Part shown: one piece after another, positions 25,401 through 35,963 of the stretch
How the letters are laid out: each line of letters opens with the position of its first letter
How positions within the stretch are numbered: position 1 is the stretch's first letter
Assembly (NCBI GenBank): GCA_010356995.1
Contig: ML996706.1
Coordinates: 563,789 to 627,788, forward strand
From: Trichodelitschia bisporula
Lineage: Eukaryota
Direction: 5' to 3'
DNA length: 64,000 nt
Made by a program: the position numbers and the translations under genes
The notes under the pieces: generated by a model
Seen by the model: the letters and a program-made list of their open reading frames with translations, nothing else
Told to the model about the DNA's origin: nothing
The model's database searches: none

Positions 25401-25702
25401 GAGAAACCGCAGGTCGAGGGTTGATGGATCGATAACTCGTCTTGCCATCCACGGAGGCTGCGCCGCAGTGTGATCGCTTCGGTAAGTGAGGATGAACCGG
25501 TTGTCAGCATAAGACCTTCAGAGGATCAATACCATCGCTTCTTTGAAATGCATCGGATGAATCCCACTTACCGCATGTGGAATCTGATGTGAATTCACTC
25601 AACATTAGCTGGCTATAAAAAGCGATCCGAAGTGCAGAACTACTCTTGGTAGTCGAAACCCCAACAAACCCCTCCATAATCCCATCGCATCGAGCATCCG
25701 GC

Positions 25703-25867
25703 ATGTATTTTGGTACCAAAGTCACGCGGGAGGACTGTGGCCATGTAGAGATTGACATGTGAGGATACTGCAACTTATATGGTACGCGGGGCCACAGGCC
25801 GAGGCTTTACGGATGGATAAGTCAACCGGGTTCCTGCGAGAGGTGCCTCCGGAGGAACCTGTTGTGA
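25703..25867 (+). pseudogene. Microprotein member 8, with Cys2->Tyr and an internal stop
   Basis: MYFGTKVTREDCGHVEIDM*GYCNLYGTRGHRPRLYGWISQPGSCERCLRRNLL*; TGA at 25760-25762 aligns with TGG (Trp) of member 7. Confidence 0.85.
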
Positions 25868-26010
25868 GAGAAAGCCCAGAAAGAGGGTTTATGGATCGAT
25901 TGCTTAGATGATTGAGCAGGAATCGGTTGTCAACCCAGCCTCTGAGAGAATCAATACCATCGCTTCTTTGAAATGCATTGAATGAATCCCACTTACCGTA
26001 TGTGAATGCA

Positions 26011-26140
26011 ATATGAATCGACACATCATCAGCCAGCTGCGGCCTTACGGAGACTGACAGAATGGTAGCCTGTAGCCAGCTTGGTGAGAGGAACCGCAGG
26101 CCGAAGGCTCATGGATGGATAGCCCGTGAGGACTGCAGCT
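26011..26140 (+). pseudogene. Highly decayed microprotein member 9
   Basis: ATA TGA ATC ... SASCGLTETDRMVACSQLGERNRRPKAHGWIAREDC retains CG, C and GWI in family spacing. Confidence 0.55.
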
Positions 26141-26444
26141 CGTGGACATACGGCATTAGTCGGTTGCGATGAAAGTATTGAGCTTTCTCGTTGATTGTCT
26201 GCGAAGAAATCAATGCCCACATTCGTCGGCAAACAATTCGAATCGAGCGACCACCGCTGCTTACCTGTCCGCACATTCCACAATTCTCACAAGCTTCCCT
26301 TGACCATCAACCTCCCTCAAAAGTCAGTCTTTCATTCAGCCTCCGATTTCTAGCGGGAATCAAATTCCTCGCAAGCCCCTCCCCAGGTTTGTCATCCTTT
26401 TTTCGAAGTCCAGCGACTAAAAGCCACAGATCCTACTCGCAAAC

Positions 26445-26612
26445 ATGTGCATATCAACAAAAATCACGTACGCTTGCAGACACACCTACCTGATTGGTGT
26501 TACCTACTGCGAGAACCGCGACACCTATGGCCATCAAAATAGCGTGTACGGGTGGCTCACACGTCCGGAGCTCTGCTTCTACTGCCTCCCAGAACGGTAT
26601 GAAGAGATCTGA
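26445..26612 (+). CDS. Met-Cys microprotein, member 10 (55 aa; below the ORF-track cutoff)
   Basis: AAC ATG TGC; MCISTKITYACRHTYLIGVTYCENRDTYGHQNSVYGWLTRPELCFYCLPERYEEI*. Confidence 0.8.
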   Translation: MCISTKITYACRHTYLIGVTYCENRDTYGHQNSVYGWLTRPELCFYCLPERYEEI

Positions 26613-27200
26613 GGATGCTGATGGGATTGTGAATCGGGACTGGTTGAAGGGTGATTGCCACGATGGTTTGATGATGTTCGATGGTGGACTAGAACCCTGA
26701 AATCAAGACCAACGTAATCCAATCCTTGCTGTCGCGTGAGTTCCATGTGCCTGCAGCCGTCAGTGCAGAACGTGGTGATCGCCCATGATCGCCGACAAGG
26801 CTACGCATCAACGTCGTCAGCCAAGCAGCGGGCATATAGATTACATACACGTACAGAACGTCATACGGTACTGTAAGATGTGGCAAACTGCGTCATCGCA
26901 CCAAGCAAGGCACAGGCGGGTGCACGGACCGCCTGTGGGCTCTCGCAGGGGGCTTAATGTCCGATGAGCGCGTTGTAATTGGCCAGCGCGCGCCACCACT
27001 GAAATGGACGGGCGGGTGTCACGTGGCCTGTGCTACCCGTACTTGACTGCCCAGAGCTGTCGCTTTGGGCTCGTCTCGCCTCTTCTCCCTCTCGCTTCGC
27101 ATTAGCCTCATCTCCACCTACCTTCGCTGTCTACATCACCACTTTCGCTCACCACGCGCACATCGACAACAATACCACCACATCCCACCACCCACATCTG

Positions 27201-29126
27201 ATGGCCTTTTGGCCGTTTCGCAGGAAACGTCGCCGCACAGTCTCTACCGCCCCCGAACCCGCCCCCGCCCCCGCCGCGCTCTACGCTTCCGACCCGGACG
27301 TCAAGTCCAAAGACTTCGGCCACCCCGCCTCGCCCACCTCGCCCACCTCCCCCTCCGACCCCAATCTCTACCGCCCACTCACCACCCTAAGCGCAGAAGA
27401 CATCACCGCACTCCCACGCGCCCGCGCCCTGCACACAAGCCCGCATCTCCGACCCGTGCGCCACGACGCCGACATCCCCTACGACTTCCGCCTCCCGAGC
27501 AGCACCTCGCTCGCCATGCGCAACAACGAAGACGACACTATGCCGCGCCGCAAGCCGAGCAAGAAGCGCAAGCGCCCCGGCGACAAACGGCTGCTGCGCG
27601 AGGAAGAACTGCGCGCCATGAGCGCACCGATGCGCGTCCCGTCGCGACGAGGGCCGAATCTGTTGCGCAAGGATAGCAGGCGCGTGAGGGATGGGCTAGG
27701 CGTCGGGCGGCGAGGCTTCGAGCGCCCGGTTAGCCAGGTTAGCTTGCCGCTGGAAGACAGCGTGCATGAAGACATGGAGGCGTGGCCGCCGCATGCGGTG
27801 CGGCTGAGCATGATGAATATGCTTGCGCCGCGGCCGGTGATTCGCTATGCGACGATGGCGCATTTGTCGAGTTCGAGTGAGCAGCTGGAGCAGCGGGCTG
27901 CGTCGCGCGCGCATCGACGGCCGCAGATGGAGGCGTTGCGGGAGGACACGAAGATTGATGGGTTGGCGGATGATTTGGATTCGAGTGGGTTGCGCGAGAT
28001 TATGGAGCGCGATCAGCGGAGGCGTGATCGGAAGAGGAGGACGCATGCTGAGCGGGTGAAGGTTAAGCTGGAGGAGCCGCGCAAGAAGTCGAAGCGTGGG
28101 CGGCGGAGGAGGGAGCCTGACGTGCGGCCGGCGACTGACGTGCAGCCCGAACCCGCCGCACAGCCCGAACCTGACGTACAGCAAACGGCCGATGTACACC
28201 AACACCCCGAAGCGCTGCAAAAGCTCACGATCCCGCCAATGCCCCTCCTGGAAGACAACGAACCCGAACGAGAACCAGAGCCCGTACCAATTCGCGACAT
28301 CGCCTCCCCCTCCCCTACCCCCACGCCCCTCGAATCCCCAACCCCAACCTCCCCCCTCTCCCCCCGCCGCATCGGAATGTGGGCCTCCATCTTCCGCCGC
28401 GAACACTCCTCCCCCCACCGCCGTTCTACACGCCACGACTCCGGCGCCGCCCTCTCCGGGCGCTCAAGCCGCGAACCCCACTCCCCCTCGCCCATGGTCG
28501 CCGGCGTCGGCATGGGCGGCGTTTCCGACGCATTCAACAAAGACAAGGGTGTCGAATTTCCATCCGAACCCCAGTCTGAGCCCGAGCCCGAGCGCTCGTT
28601 TAGCAATACGAGTAGGGAAAGCATCATGGCCCGACACGCGCAGGGCGCGCTTCCGCCGGCGCATTTGTATCAGCCCCCTAGTGGGTCGACGAGGTCGGGG
28701 AGTGTGCGTGTGGGGGGGAGTATTAGGGCGACGAGTCGGTTTAGGGAGGATTTGCCTGAGTTGTCGGTACCGCTGCAGTCAGGGACGCCGACGCCGGTGG
28801 CTACGCCGCTTGCGGTGCAGCCGCCGCAAACGCCGGATAAAACGAGGCGACATCCGTACCGCTCTGGCTCCCCTGCGGAAGCGGTCCTGGGCCCGAGTCG
28901 GTCGCTGGCGAGCATTGATAGTGAGGGGGAGTGGTTGGCTTCCGGGGGGAGGAGGGTTAGTTCGAGGGTTAGTTCGAGGGCGGGGCCGGTGGAGGATGAG
29001 GAGGAGGATGAGGTTGTGAGGAAGGGGGGGGGGATTGCGAGGACGCCGACGGTTATTTGGAGGGAGAATCGGGTTAAGAGTTCGGAGGGCTTGTTGAGGG
29101 AGGCGGGGGATGGGGATGATCGGTAG
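27201..29126 (+). CDS. Low-complexity, probably disordered hypothetical protein (641 aa)
   Basis: Long intronless ORF from MAFWPFRRKR, with motifs EDITALP...SPHLRP, LADDLDSSGLREIMERDQRRR and SLASIDSEGEWL; gene-like codon pattern. Confidence 0.8.
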   Translation: MAFWPFRRKRRRTVSTAPEPAPAPAALYASDPDVKSKDFGHPASPTSPTSPSDPNLYRPLTTLSAEDITALPRARALHTSPHLRPVRHDADIPYDFRLPSSTSLAMRNNEDDTMPRRKPSKKRKRPGDKRLLREEELRAMSAPMRVPSRRGPNLLRKDSRRVRDGLGVGRRGFERPVSQVSLPLEDSVHEDMEAWPPHAVRLSMMNMLAPRPVIRYATMAHLSSSSEQLEQRAASRAHRRPQMEALREDTKIDGLADDLDSSGLREIMERDQRRRDRKRRTHAERVKVKLEEPRKKSKRGRRRREPDVRPATDVQPEPAAQPEPDVQQTADVHQHPEALQKLTIPPMPLLEDNEPEREPEPVPIRDIASPSPTPTPLESPTPTSPLSPRRIGMWASIFRREHSSPHRRSTRHDSGAALSGRSSREPHSPSPMVAGVGMGGVSDAFNKDKGVEFPSEPQSEPEPERSFSNTSRESIMARHAQGALPPAHLYQPPSGSTRSGSVRVGGSIRATSRFREDLPELSVPLQSGTPTPVATPLAVQPPQTPDKTRRHPYRSGSPAEAVLGPSRSLASIDSEGEWLASGGRRVSSRVSSRAGPVEDEEEDEVVRKGGGIARTPTVIWRENRVKSSEGLLREAGDGDDR

Positions 29127-30141
29127 TGGAGAGAGGGTGATGATTGATGGGGGAAGGAGGGTGGGTGCGTAATGCTGCTGCTGTCTTTTTCGTTCCTGCT
29201 GTGTACTTCGCGAGGTGCTTTTTTTTGGTGTGATCTCGGATTTCCGCTCGTTACGCTCGCTGTTTTTTCTTTGGTTTGATCTCGGACTCGATACGCTGTC
29301 TGGCTTTTTTCTTGGTGTGGCTCGGACATCCATACACTCATTGTTTTTCCTTGGTGCGAGACTCGCGGGCTGGTTCGCAATCGTCGGAATAATGCTCGAC
29401 CGCCGATGAGCATTCCTCCTAGGGAGGCATGCCACGGCCGGCCGGCACATCCGAAAACTGCAGTTCCCCCCCCCCATTCTTATCATTTTCTGCCAGCAGC
29501 ACACCACGCACCCCCCCCCCCACCCACCTCCCATCATTTCTTATTTTCACTTCACAACTGTTTTGACTACAGCTTCTTGAGCGCTTGTAATATTGTATTT
29601 TGGTCTTACGCCTACAGCGGGAACTGGCTGGGAAAGGAGCGGCTGGGAAGGGAAGGGCGGGCGTTATTGAGGCAGTGTGCCTGCTGCTGGCACGGCTTGG
29701 ATGGGAAAAACGCTTGGACAGGATGAGCAGGATTACTGTGGGCTACGGGATTAGCGATGGATGCGTTATGGGTATTGAGCATGCGGCGCTGAGCTGCTGT
29801 AGGGTAGTAGTAAGGTTAATGCGCTGAATTGTCGTTAGACTACTGTCTCTGCATGATTCGAATTGGAGTGAAGTCAAGCCGCGCCGAGGCTCCCCCACAT
29901 TCCCGGATGATCTGGAAGTTAATTTGGCACTTAAGGGAGGGTCCAGGGGTCTATGCGGGCGGGCTAGGGTAGGGTAAGGGTGCTGGGCTCGGTCCGATCC
30001 CGGGCTCGTTCTCGTTCCCGCAAGCCGGCCCGTGCCGAAGGCGTGGGCTGAGGGCTGCGGGGTATCGGGGTATAAGGCTGCCCTTCCCCACGGCCCCTAC
30101 CCTTCCCCATCCTCACCCTCACCATCAGGACAGAAGCAGCA

Positions 30142-31553
30142 ATGGCTCCCGCCGTCCTCTCCCCCGCGCCACCATCGGCTCCTCATCCCATCTCCGCCGA
30201 TTCGAAGGCCACACAATGTCCCTTTGTTACAGAGAAAACGGAGTCGGGCGGCCCGGTCCTCGATCCGAATTGGACGGTAGACACGAGCGCAGCGGTGCTC
30301 AGCGATGATCCGAAGCAGATATATGCCGAATATGAGTATATGCGCGAGCATTGTCCTGTTGCGTGGACGAGTGCGCATGGAGGGTATTGGATCCTCACCA
30401 AGTAATTCTCCCTTCCTCCACCCACCCCATCTCGCGCCTGCTGACCACGGGATAGGTATGAGGATATCAAGGCCTGTGCTGGGGATGGGGTTACTTTTAT
30501 TTCGTCTGTGTGCGCAATCGTGCCATCGGACCCAAGAGGAATCCGTCGCCCGCCCCTTAAATTCGACGGCGCAGCCCACACGCCCTACCGCAAGGCCCTC
30601 GATCGCACGCTAAACCCCCGCCGCCTCGCAAGGCTCGAACCCGCCCTGCGCGGCCACGCGAAGCGCGAACTCGCGCCTTTGCTCGAAGCCGGGCAAGGGG
30701 ACATATGCCAGCGGTTCGGGGCGCGGTTTAGCGCGGCCGTGGAGAGCGAATGGTTGGGGTTGGATGAAGAGGCGGGACGCTTGTTGGCGGAGACGGTGGG
30801 GCCGTTTGTGCAGAGTTGGAGGGGGGGGGAATGGGAATTTGTGCTTAGGGCGAGTCAGGCGTTTTATAAGGTTGCGGAGGGGGTTATGGAGGATAGGAGA
30901 ACCAACCCACGCGACCCTGAAGAAGACCCTGCTAGCAGCCTATTGTTGGAAAGGGACAGTGAGGGGAAGGAGCTGGATCCGTATCATTTGATGTGCGTCA
31001 CCCGGGTCCTTGTGGGAAGGAAGGAGCTGATGAGAGTAGTGGTGCGATCCGCCAGGCGCTTATCGTCGCCATGGTCGCGCCGAGCATCCTCATGGGCGCG
31101 ATAGTCGAGCACCTCGCAGCCGACAAAGCCCTGCAGAACCAACTCCGCTCCGACCCCAGCCTCATCCCGGCGGCAATCGAGGAATTCGTCCGGCTCTACA
31201 CGCCCTACCGCGGTTTCGCGCGGACCGCAACCCACGAGGTAACCATCTCAGGCACGGTCGTCCCGCCCGAAACACCCATCACCATGACGTATGCAGCGGC
31301 GAATCGTGACGGGAGACAATTCCCTGATCCGGAGACGTTTATGCTGGGGCGGGAGAATATTACGTCTCATCTTGGGTTTGGGAGGGGACGGCATCGGTGT
31401 GCGGGGGTGAATTTGGCGAGGATGATGTTGAGGGTTTTCTTGGAGACGTTGCTTGAGGGGACCAAGGATTGGAGTATTGTTGAGGAGGGGAGGGAGTTTG
31501 CGAAGTTGCCGGAGGTGGGGCTTATTGGGTGTAAGGTTAGGTTTGTGGTGTAG
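30142..31553 (+). CDS. Cytochrome P450, short soluble bacterial-type (436 aa, 3 exons)
   Basis: Introns 30402-30455 and 30993-31039; exons sum to 437 codons. EEFVR (ExxR), AANRD...FPDPETF, and heme loop HLGFGRGRHRCAG. No N-terminal membrane anchor. Confidence 0.9.
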
Positions 31554-31881
31554 TGGGTTAAGATATCATGTTTTTTTCTTGCGTGGTGATGCGAGACGAT
31601 GGTGTTTTGCCGGTTGCCGGTTGTTGGTAGTTGTGTGTTATCACGTGATATAAAAGCCCCTGCCGATCTCGATCTCGACCGTGCTCGACGTCGACTTCAA
31701 CTGTCGGTCGCCAACTTCTTAAAATGATGAGGCATGCTACGTAATCACCCCGCACCTGACAGACTACATAAGCGGCTCAGATTTCATCCGCAAAACAACC
31801 GCAACATCATTCCCATCCGCAAACCAACCTCAAGGCTCATCCCCATCCTGAACACCCATCCGTGCTCCTCTAACGGCCAAG

Positions 31882-33375
31882 ATGAGCGGCTACATTGCGG
31901 ACGAGCCGCGTGCTGTCCTTGTGCCGGCGCGGTACGTCAAAACCGTCAAAACCGCCCTCGAAGCCAGGTCATGGTTGGACCGGAGGTCAAAAATCCGCCG
32001 CGACGATAAAGATCCCAGCCTCCACATCATCCCAACCACCCTGCACCACAACAGCCAAATCTGCGCCGAAGTGTTGTTGCTCGCTCACCTCAACCTCCCG
32101 CTTGACCTCCCTATCGAGCTCATCGACCATCCGGATCCCCCAGATCTGCCCAAAGAGTCGAGATTAAAAACTGCGGTGCGAGATTCCCTCCTCCACATGG
32201 ACGTCCCGCGGGAGGAGATTATCGAGCTGTTGAAGGACGTCGCGAAGGGCTATTCAATCTACTATCCAGTCCTACTCCTCCCTGCGCACGCCTTCTCCTC
32301 AGAAGCATGGACCAAGTTCCTCAACAATTGCGGTAAACACGCCTTTGACGATGAAAACAACTTCTTCGTCGCATTAGCACGGCGCATAGACGTCAAGTAC
32401 ATAGCGCGCAACGCGCCGATCCCCCCTAATACGGTGAGGCGTGTACAAAACGTCATGCGCGTCCCGATGCGCCTCGAACCACTTTACGGCGAATGGCCCA
32501 GCAAACCTACTTTCAAGAACGCGATCTGGATGTGCACAACTCAGTATGGGATTACCCAGATTTGGTCCCCCGTGCACAGCATGTTCAGCCGTGGCAATAT
32601 CAAGGAGAAAAAACGGTTGCTGGGATTGGAATCTGTGAAGAGTGCGGCAGAGGAAGGCGGCGTGGCGGTGGATTTGTACGCCGGGATTGGGTATTTTGCC
32701 CTTTGCTATGCGAAGAAGGGACTGAAAGTTCTGTGTTGGGAAGTTAATAAGTGGAGTGTGGAGGGGGTGAAAAGGGGGGCAAATTTCAACAAGTGGGATG
32801 TGGCGGTAGTGGATGCGGGGGGTGAGGAGAGTCTGGAGAATGAGGAGGTGCCGGAGGAGGATCTGAAACGGCAGATTGAGGCGGCGAAGAAGGTGCTAAA
32901 GGTTCCTGTTACCATCCCGCCAAGAGAACCGCTTCGCCTCCCACCGTACCAAGAGTCGCCACCACCGTTCGGGGAGCGGTACCCCTCGCCGGATCGGCTC
33001 TCCTACGAGGGGTACAAACTGATCGTCTTCCACGGGACGAATGCAGGTGCGGGACCGGTCGTCGACGCGTTGCGGTCAAAGCTAGGCCCGGTGCGGCATG
33101 TCAACTGCGGACTGCTGCCGACGTCGCGGTGGAGTTGGCCCACAGCGGTGCGGTGTCTGGACGAGAGCGGCGGGTGGATCCACGTGCACGAGAACTTCTC
33201 AGCAGCCACCATTTCCGAGGAAGCGGAGGAAGTGCGCATGGGGATTCAGGCTGAGGTCGACAAGTTGTATGACCCAGGGCAGAGGGTGGCGAGTGTGGAG
33301 CATGTTGAGCGGGTGAAGACGTATGCGCCGGGGGTGGTGCACTGCGTGGTGGATGTGAGGATCAGTCCTTATTAA
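31882..33375 (+). CDS. TYW2: tRNA wybutosine-synthesizing protein 2 (Trm12/TYW2)
   Basis: QYGITQIWSPVHSMFSRGNIKEKKR, VDLYAGIGYF, HVNCGLLPTS, GGWIHVHEN and VERVKTYAPGVVHCVVD. Confidence 0.92.
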   Translation: MSGYIADEPRAVLVPARYVKTVKTALEARSWLDRRSKIRRDDKDPSLHIIPTTLHHNSQICAEVLLLAHLNLPLDLPIELIDHPDPPDLPKESRLKTAVRDSLLHMDVPREEIIELLKDVAKGYSIYYPVLLLPAHAFSSEAWTKFLNNCGKHAFDDENNFFVALARRIDVKYIARNAPIPPNTVRRVQNVMRVPMRLEPLYGEWPSKPTFKNAIWMCTTQYGITQIWSPVHSMFSRGNIKEKKRLLGLESVKSAAEEGGVAVDLYAGIGYFALCYAKKGLKVLCWEVNKWSVEGVKRGANFNKWDVAVVDAGGEESLENEEVPEEDLKRQIEAAKKVLKVPVTIPPREPLRLPPYQESPPPFGERYPSPDRLSYEGYKLIVFHGTNAGAGPVVDALRSKLGPVRHVNCGLLPTSRWSWPTAVRCLDESGGWIHVHENFSAATISEEAEEVRMGIQAEVDKLYDPGQRVASVEHVERVKTYAPGVVHCVVDVRISPY

Positions 33376-33617
33376 TTACGAGGGGAAGAGAAAGGTGTCA
33401 TCCAATGGCCAGTGCTTTTGTACTGTAGACTGATAGATCTGCGAGGACAATACCACCATAACGAGCCATAGATAGATGCATAAAACACAAACCGGGGATA
33501 TACCTACACGTCAAGATTAGAGCCAAACAAGTTCATCAAACTTCCTTGCATTGTCGCGAGCTGCTACCCTTTCCCAAGCCCAACATGTAGCCCACCATTT
33601 TCTCCTCCCCCGCATGC

Positions 33618-34307
33618 CTACAACTCCCTCAAAAACTTCCTCGGAATATTCTTGACCACAACCCTCCCCTCCTTCTCAATCTTCGCCCACTCCTCCTCCC
33701 TCCTCTCCCTCTCCTCATGCTCCGCATAATGCTTAATATCCTCAGGGTGATTCAACTCGCCCTCTCCCCCGGGTCCACCATGATACTTCTCCCAATGATG
33801 AATCTCATACTCATACTCATCATCCCCATGATGTCCCGGCCCGAGCCCAAAATCCGGCAAGCGCTTCCCCTTCTCAATTCCAGCCACAAATTCCTCCCTG
33901 CTAACCGCACCGTCGTGATTCGAGTCATAGAGTTTGAGAATCGCGTCGCTGACGTCTTTGCGCTTTGAGGCGGGCACGTGCGAGGCGGATTTATCGTCTA
34001 GACCGTAGAAGCGTTGGATGTCTGCTGGGGACCACGTGCCGGTGTTGGAGAAGTCGTGGAGTTTGTGGAAGGAGGGAGGGTCGAAGTTGGAGATGTGGTG
34101 CTCTTCTGTTGCGCTTGTTAGTCTTGTTCCGGTTTGAGTTCTGGTTCTAAGGGAGGGGCGGGGGCGGGTGGGTGGGGGGAGGGGAAGAGGCGGACCTAGG
34201 AGATGCCACGTCGCCCAATCCGCGGGATGTCCACTCGCAGCAGCGGCGTCAGGCGCGCCATGCGCAGCTGCACCAGCGGCGGCGAGGAAGACGAGTGTTA
34301 AGCGCAT
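33618..34307 (-). CDS. SSP120: Secretory-pathway EF-hand protein Ssp120 (199 aa)
   Basis: Signal peptide MRLTLVFLAAAGAAA; W(A)TWHL|EEHH; EF-hand DSNHDGAVSREEF; GHHGDDEYEYEIHHWEKYH and NIPRKF. Intron 34195-34106. Confidence 0.9.
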   Translation of the reverse strand: MRLTLVFLAAAGAAAHGAPDAAAASGHPADWATWHLLGPPLPLPPPTRPRPSLRTRTQTGTRLTSATEEHHISNFDPPSFHKLHDFSNTGTWSPADIQRFYGLDDKSASHVPASKRKDVSDAILKLYDSNHDGAVSREEFVAGIEKGKRLPDFGLGPGHHGDDEYEYEIHHWEKYHGGPGGEGELNHPEDIKHYAEHEERERREEEWAKIEKEGRVVVKNIPRKFLREL

Positions 34308-34864
34308 GGTGGTGGTTGTACTGGTGGAAGTTCGACGCGACGCGAAGTCGTTGCGCAAACGGCCAGGGACCAGGGCTTGTCTGGGCAGGGGCGCGTTGCT
34401 TGGCAGTGACGTTGAGCGAAGCTTTGCGGGTTAGGGCCACTAGTTCCAAACGAGTGCCGGGTAATAGCCAAGTGGAGATTACTCTTGCGGGGACCCGTCA
34501 GCCTTGCGGGAATAATGACATTGGGGGGAGATCGAGCCCTCGGACGCCTGTGCGGGGTTGTACGATAAGGCTGGCCGGTGCCGAGCGGGGGCAGCGGGTG
34601 CCTGTCGTGCCTGTTTGGCTGAAGTTCGGGAGTTTGTTATCACGACATTTGAGGCACAGAATGTTTGTTGGCTTTCATCTGACGTCTGCCTGCGAGCATT
34701 GGATATGCTGCTTCTGCACCGCTGAGCCACTTCTTTTCCCATTGTACTGGGTAAAGGGACGTGCTTCCCAATACAACCCACCGGCCGGCCAATCTCTTCA
34801 AATTCAACCTTGTCAGCTCCTTGAGCTTAGATCTCTTGTCTGATGACGTTGATGGTTTGGATTC

Positions 34865-35963
34865 ATGATATGCCAAGACCTCTACGTCTACCACAACCTG
34901 TGCACAGACCACCTTGCCTGCTATATAATACTCCTGAGAGCTGTACGCTCCATAACCAGTAATCTACACACACATTCTGACCTTGAGGCTTTGACGAACC
35001 TCATCCCAACATCCTACAACAGAACCCCACAGCATCGTACGGTATGTCCGCTCCTCCAATCTCCTCCCTCTAACCACACCCCAGATGATCCGCCCTCAAT
35101 GCCGCAGCACCGAGTGTCGCAAATGCCACCCTCACACCCAAATCAAAAATCATGAATATGCACAGGACAGCTATACCAGAAGCACCGTCGCCTCCCGCCA
35201 GCGTTCCTTCACCCTCAGTAACTCCACTCCCCGCCGTCCTAAACAGCCCCTCGTTCAACCACCCACCAAACCCCGAATCTCCTTACTCACACTCCCCCCC
35301 GAAATCCGCCTCGAAATCTACTCCTACCTCCTAGACCACCGGTACTTCGGCTACTGGCACCCCATCGAGCACCTCCCCGAGGGCCATCAACTCTACGGGA
35401 CCGTCATGGGCGGCGCCCGGCACCCCGACTACATAGCCGTAGGCCCCAACTCCTGCTTCCTACACCTCAGCCATACCTTCCCCGTCGCCATCCTCCGCAC
35501 CTGCCGCACCATCAACAACGAAGCCAGCGCCGCGCTCTACGGTACCCTATCAGCGGGTCTGCTCGTCACCCGACCCGCGCACGTGGCTTGCGCCTCATAC
35601 TGGCTAACTCAGCACCCGGTGCGCTTCTTGCATACCCTTGAGATGCCGCTGCTCGTCGAGCTGCGGAGGCAGGCCGATCTGATGAACTGCGAGTTCTGGC
35701 ACCCGAAGGGTGAATCCCTAGGCGCAGCCGGGATTGCGCACCTGTGCCGCGTGCTCAGAGCCACAAGCGTGAAGATGCTGCGCTTGAAGATTGTGCTCAA
35801 TTGTAGCGTGGAGTGGGAGCCGAGGCCTGGCCTTCCGAACGGGGCCCCGCGGCTTATAGTGCCCAGGCTTGGGAATGGGGGGTTGGAGAGGGCGTTAAAG
35901 GGTGTGGATGAGGTGGCGGGGACGAGAGGGAGAGAGGGCGTAGTGCTCTATGTTGGGGTGTAG
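34865..35963 (+). CDS. F-box-like protein with Cys/His-rich N-terminus
   Basis: SLLTLPPEIRLEIYSYLL and AILRTCRTINNEASAALYG. Intron 35042-35084 (GTATGT...CTAAC...CAG) links the frame starting at ATG 34865. A possible further intron 34943-34987 is uncertain. Confidence 0.65.

Noticed and set aside
24088..26140. RIP as the cause of microprotein pseudogenisation
   Set aside because: Only some lesions are in TpG/CpA context (TGY->TAT, ATG->ATA). TGG->TGA and ATG->ATT are not, and the region is not AT-enriched.
34106..34195. ORF track reads SSP120 straight through as 246 aa
   Set aside because: The 90-nt stop-free segment has canonical splice signals and interrupts the conserved WHL-EEHH motif, so it is an ordinary intron.
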